The position numbers and the translations under genes are program-made. Below, piece by piece: positions 60,150-64,000 of a stretch of DNA of 64,000 bases (position 1 is the first letter of the stretch; every line of letters begins with the position of its first letter). Below the pieces are notes generated by a model. That model was given only the letters and a program-made list of their open reading frames with translations, searched no databases and was not told where the DNA came from. Origin of the DNA: Vicugna vicugna (taxonomy: Eukaryota); assembly GCA_013265495.1 (NCBI GenBank), contig MU057701.1, positions 558,001 to 622,000 of the forward strand, read 5' to 3'.

Positions 60150-60755
60150 CATGAGACATTATTGGTGGAAATGTAAAGTGAGGTAGCTGCCTTGGAGAAC
60201 AGCCTGGCAGTTGCTCCAGAGATTAAACTAGAGGTGCCACTTGACCCAGCAATTCCACCCACAGGTATTCACCCAAGAGGCATGAAAGCAAGTCCACACA
60301 AAGACTCATACACACATGTTCCGCGTGGCATTATTCGTAATAGCCAGAAAGTGGACATTACCCAAAAAGTGATAAATTGGTTCATTTATCACTGGAGAGA
60401 TCCAAAATGGTAAAGCCATATAGGGGACTATTATTTGGCAGTAAAGAAAAAGAAAGAAGGAAACACTAATGCATGCTACAACATGAGTGAATCTTAAAAA
60501 CATTATGCTAAGTGAAAGAAGTCAGCCACAAAAGGCCACATATTGTATGATTCCATTTATATGAAATGCCCAGAATAGGCACATCACAGTGACAGAAAGT
60601 AGATTAGAGGTTGCCAGGGGAAAATGGGAGTTACTGCTAATGGGTAGGGAGTTTCTTTGGGGAACGATGAAAATGCTCTGGAATTAGTAGAGGCAGTTGT
60701 ACAACCTTGTGAATATACTAAAAGCTACTGAATTGTGTACTTAGAAAAAAAAAAC
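60150..60755 (+). mobile_element. L1MB-type 3' fragment with decayed ORF2 C-terminus
   Basis: ORF 60192-60413 LEVPLDPAIPPTGIHP..HKD matches L1 ORF2p LEIPFDPAIPLLGIYP..YKD; 3'UTR motifs follow. Confidence 0.9.
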
Positions 60756-61459
60756 TTACTAAGTATGAGAAACTACTTAAATCTACTGCAGAGTTCAAAG
60801 TCATTTCCAAGATTACTTTTTCAAGAGAAGCTGTCACCTAAAATAGAAAAAAGAGTGACTTTATCCATAAGAAAAACGTGAAAATGCAAATCACCAACAA
60901 TGGCTTTTTCACCCCAAGTCTTTGAATATAAGTCATGCACATTCAATTCTTAAGTATACTCGGCAGGACTGTTTGCTGCCCTCTACATTGTGATTCTGTA
61001 ATGTACTACATTCCTGGCTGGGCCATCAAAGTAATACTGATTGCAGCTCCTATAACAGAAATAGAAGTGTCTCTTCAGGCCATGCTCACCACCCCCACCC
61101 CCAGGCTCTGTAAAGTAATCATTCATAGCTGCCTCTTTGTGGTCCCCTTACAGAGTGACTCAACTTATTTCTATATATGTTGGGGACTTTTTGACTTTAA
61201 AGGGATTGACTGCACTTTCATCTCAGGTGTGCAACCAGAGCATTTCAGGACACCCTCCAACCCCCTGAAAAATAACCAACTCAGTTCATCAGTGTTTAAT
61301 CAGAAAGATCTTCTGATTTAAATAAATGATAGAGTTGAAACCTCTCCCATCAGTCCTTATTTGGGAGAGGGATTTGACGTGCCCATGTGCCACCTAAAGT
61401 GAGCCTTAACAAGAATGAAAGATCCAAGAAAAGAAATCAGAGTTGACTTTAAAACATGT

Positions 61460-62215
61460 GATCTCATCACACCCATTAGGATGGCTTTGATTAAAAAACA
61501 AACAAATAAAACCCAGCAAGTGACAAGTGTGGGCAAGGATGTGGATAAACTGAAATCCTTGTGCCTTGCTGCTGGGAATAAAATGGTGCAGCTACTGTGC
61601 AAACCAGTTCGGTGGTTCCTTTAAAAGTTAAGCACAGAATTGCCCTGTGATCCAGCAATTCCACGCCTACGTGTGAACTCAAAGAATTGAAAGCAGAGAC
61701 TCAAACAGATACTTGTACACCGATGTTCGATGTTCGATGTTCGTAGCAGCATTCCTCACAATAATAGCCAAAGGGTGGAAACAACCCAGGTATCTGTCAG
61801 CTGATGAATGATTATGTATCCATGGTATACACATACAATGGAGTATTTTTCAACCTTAAAAAGGAGTGAAATTCTGACACATGCTACAACATGGATGAAC
61901 CTTGAAAGCATTACGCTAAGTGAAATAAGCCAGTCAAACAAGGACACACATTGTGTGATTCCACTTTTATGAGGTGTAGAATAGACAAATTCATAGACAA
62001 GAAGTAGATGAGAGGTTACTGGAGGGCTGAGGGGAGAATGGGAATTGCCATCTAGTGGATATAGAGTTCCTTTTTGAGATGATGAAAAAATTCAAAATTG
62101 GATGGTGGTGATGGTTGCACAACCATTATGGATGTACTTAATGCCACTGAAGTGCACATTTAAAAACCACGGAAATGGTAAACTTTGTTAAGTATGTGTC
62201 ACCACAACTTAAAAA
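61460..62215 (+). mobile_element. L1MB-type 3' fragment with decayed ORF2 C-terminus
   Basis: ITPIRMALIKK matches L1 ORF2p LTPVRMAIIKK; CATGCTACAACATGGATGAACCTTGAAA 3'UTR. Confidence 0.92.
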
Positions 62216-64000
62216 TGGGAAGAAAAAAAAAGTCCTGTGAAGAACAACATTCCGGTTCGTCGTTTTGTCTCTATGTTTTTTTATTTCTCCCACTCTTTGA
62301 AAACATGGTAAATTGTATTTTGTCGTGGTGTTGCCTCCCTTAAGAGGACACACACAGAGACAGAAGGATTACCACCTGTTGATACAGCAAGGGCAGGACC
62401 ACCATTTGACCTTAAAAGTACCACTTGACAGAATATCTCTCCAGGTCATTAGAGTAAGTCTGAGATGCCTCAGAAAGGTAGATTTTAAAATGGTAGCAAT
62501 TCCTGGAAAGGTACCCTGTTTACCCGATTTTGCCTGTCTTTATTAACTGTCTCAGGAGAGCAGGAGCTGACAACCCCATACTTTTCTCCATCAGTCATCT
62601 GCTTCTTACCAAGGAAGAAACTGCTGCTATTGCTCAAGAGAATGCTGCCTTCCCTGCAAGCAGCTACGTACCCTGTGGCTGCCTACGGTCCACAGGTACC
62701 ACTACAGGCATGCGAAACCTGGGGCCTCTATTCCAAAGTAGGGGTGAGAAAAGATGCTGGGATTTTCCAAACTTAGATCCACAGATATAACTTGGTCAGA
62801 ACCCCCTCTCCTCGTTGCTAGTTAGCAGAGCCCCGGAACCTCTTGCCGGGCCAGCTAGCACTTAAGCAAGCAAAGGGGTTCAGTGACCTTCCAATATTAC
62901 TGAGATCTTGCTGTTCTAGGCATGAAGTGGCTTGAATAATTCTTTCAAAACAATAAGAACTTCCATTGTTCAAATGTACATGAAGCAGCAAATGCCTCTC
63001 TTCGCATTCAGTTTGCCCTTCTGTTCTCAGAAGATCTCATAGACACTAAAAGTAATTGCTGTCATTTCTGCAAGTATATTTCTGGTTTTAACCAAAACTA
63101 GAGCCTCCCTGATGCTGTCGGTCATTTTCCTAAAGGACTGGTAGAGGCAATAGGCTTTCCAAACAGGGGCTTTGCTAATTCTTGAAAGACCATGCAACCC
63201 CCATAAAAATAGACTTCTCTCCTAGAAACACCTCTGGTTACGGGGCCAAGGTTAAGGAGATGAGCGGGGGGTGGGGGTGGGCAGTGTGACAAGGAGACAG
63301 TGCAGGGTACATTTCCCGGGAAAGTTCTGTCTCAGTTTTCTCCCTTTTCGGTCTCGTGATTGGCTGTGGGTTTCTGTTCTGTAGTAAACGCAAGAGCCTT
63401 GATTGCTTTCTAAAGGTCAGACCTGTCACCAAACCTCTCCATTTACTTGAGTTGCGGACAGTTTCACGTTTCTCAACAAATGGTCCGGTAGCTCTGATGT
63501 AAGCCTCAAGTTCCTTCAGCTCGTAGCCTTGTGTCTTCAAGGTGGAACTCGGGAGACCCTCCTCTTTGGCGGAGACCAGATCGACCTTGTTCATAGCTCT
63601 GCCTCCAGTCTCTGCAGGGCCTGGCACACACTGAATGCTTATTGAATGCATAAACCTGAATGGACAGGACTCTCGAAGATCAAGAGTGTCCCCAAAACCA
63701 ATGTCTAGAGAAATCCCATGTTCTGCCCCAGGGGCCGACTACCCTTGTGGTTTTGAGCTGAGCGCTGGCAGGTCCTGTCCTTGCCCTCTTTGTGGTTCTC
63801 CATGGTGCTCACCGATGGCTAATGTGTTCAGCTTCTCATTTATCCCTCCAAGGAGGTGACATCTCTTGTTTAGCCGATGCTTATAAAGCAGCTTATACAC
63901 TGCAGGTTATCATTTTGGCTTTTCAAGTTGTGCATCAGATGAGTTCTCAGAGCTAGAATACCACCCCCAAGGATGAGTCAGTGTTGGAAGAAGTAGATTA

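Noticed and set aside
63238..63651. 137-aa ORF with protein-like composition
   Set aside because: It begins in an L2-like 3' remnant, belongs to no family I recognise and has no clear splice boundaries.
1..64000. About 16 AP-1 (TGASTCA) sites as an enrichment
   Set aside because: Uniform expectation is about 8, and TGA/TCA trinucleotides are over-represented in mammalian DNA; not convincing without a proper background model.
1..64000. Prokaryote-style systems (operons, CRISPR, IS elements, defence loci)
   Set aside because: The sequence is CpG-depleted mammalian DNA dominated by LINE/SINE/LTR relics; no such structures are seen.

Overview
This window is non-coding mammalian genomic DNA, very probably camelid (alpaca/camel/llama). 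The evidence is six copies of a tRNA-Ala(AGC)-derived SINE of the Vic-1 type and a cetartiodactyl/camelid-type L1 3' end. I can recognise no protein-coding exon, true tRNA, rRNA or snRNA gene, and I cannot name a host gene. The only ORFs with recognisable homology are decayed L1 ORF2p fragments. Much of the window is interspersed repeat: L1M-series fragments, L2, MIR, MaLR/ERVL/ERV1 solo LTRs, and hAT DNA transposons (MER53, MER20, MER58/Cheshire, MER5, MER96B-like). These are separated by unique DNA carrying enhancer-like motif clusters. A modest antisense bias of the L1 fragments and several good + strand splice signals suggest one long intron of a + strand gene, but this is inference. Best leads: a MER53 hairpin with a miR-1302-like arm, a very young SINE with a 49-A tail and 14-bp TSD, candidate microexons and a recursive-splice motif, a Cheshire/MER58 element enclosing an apparently older MIR, two tiny direct-repeat-flanked insertions, and several strong palindromes. 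I found no convincing new multi-gene system. Repeat family names come from remembered consensus sequences, not a database search, and boundaries of old repeats are approximate.
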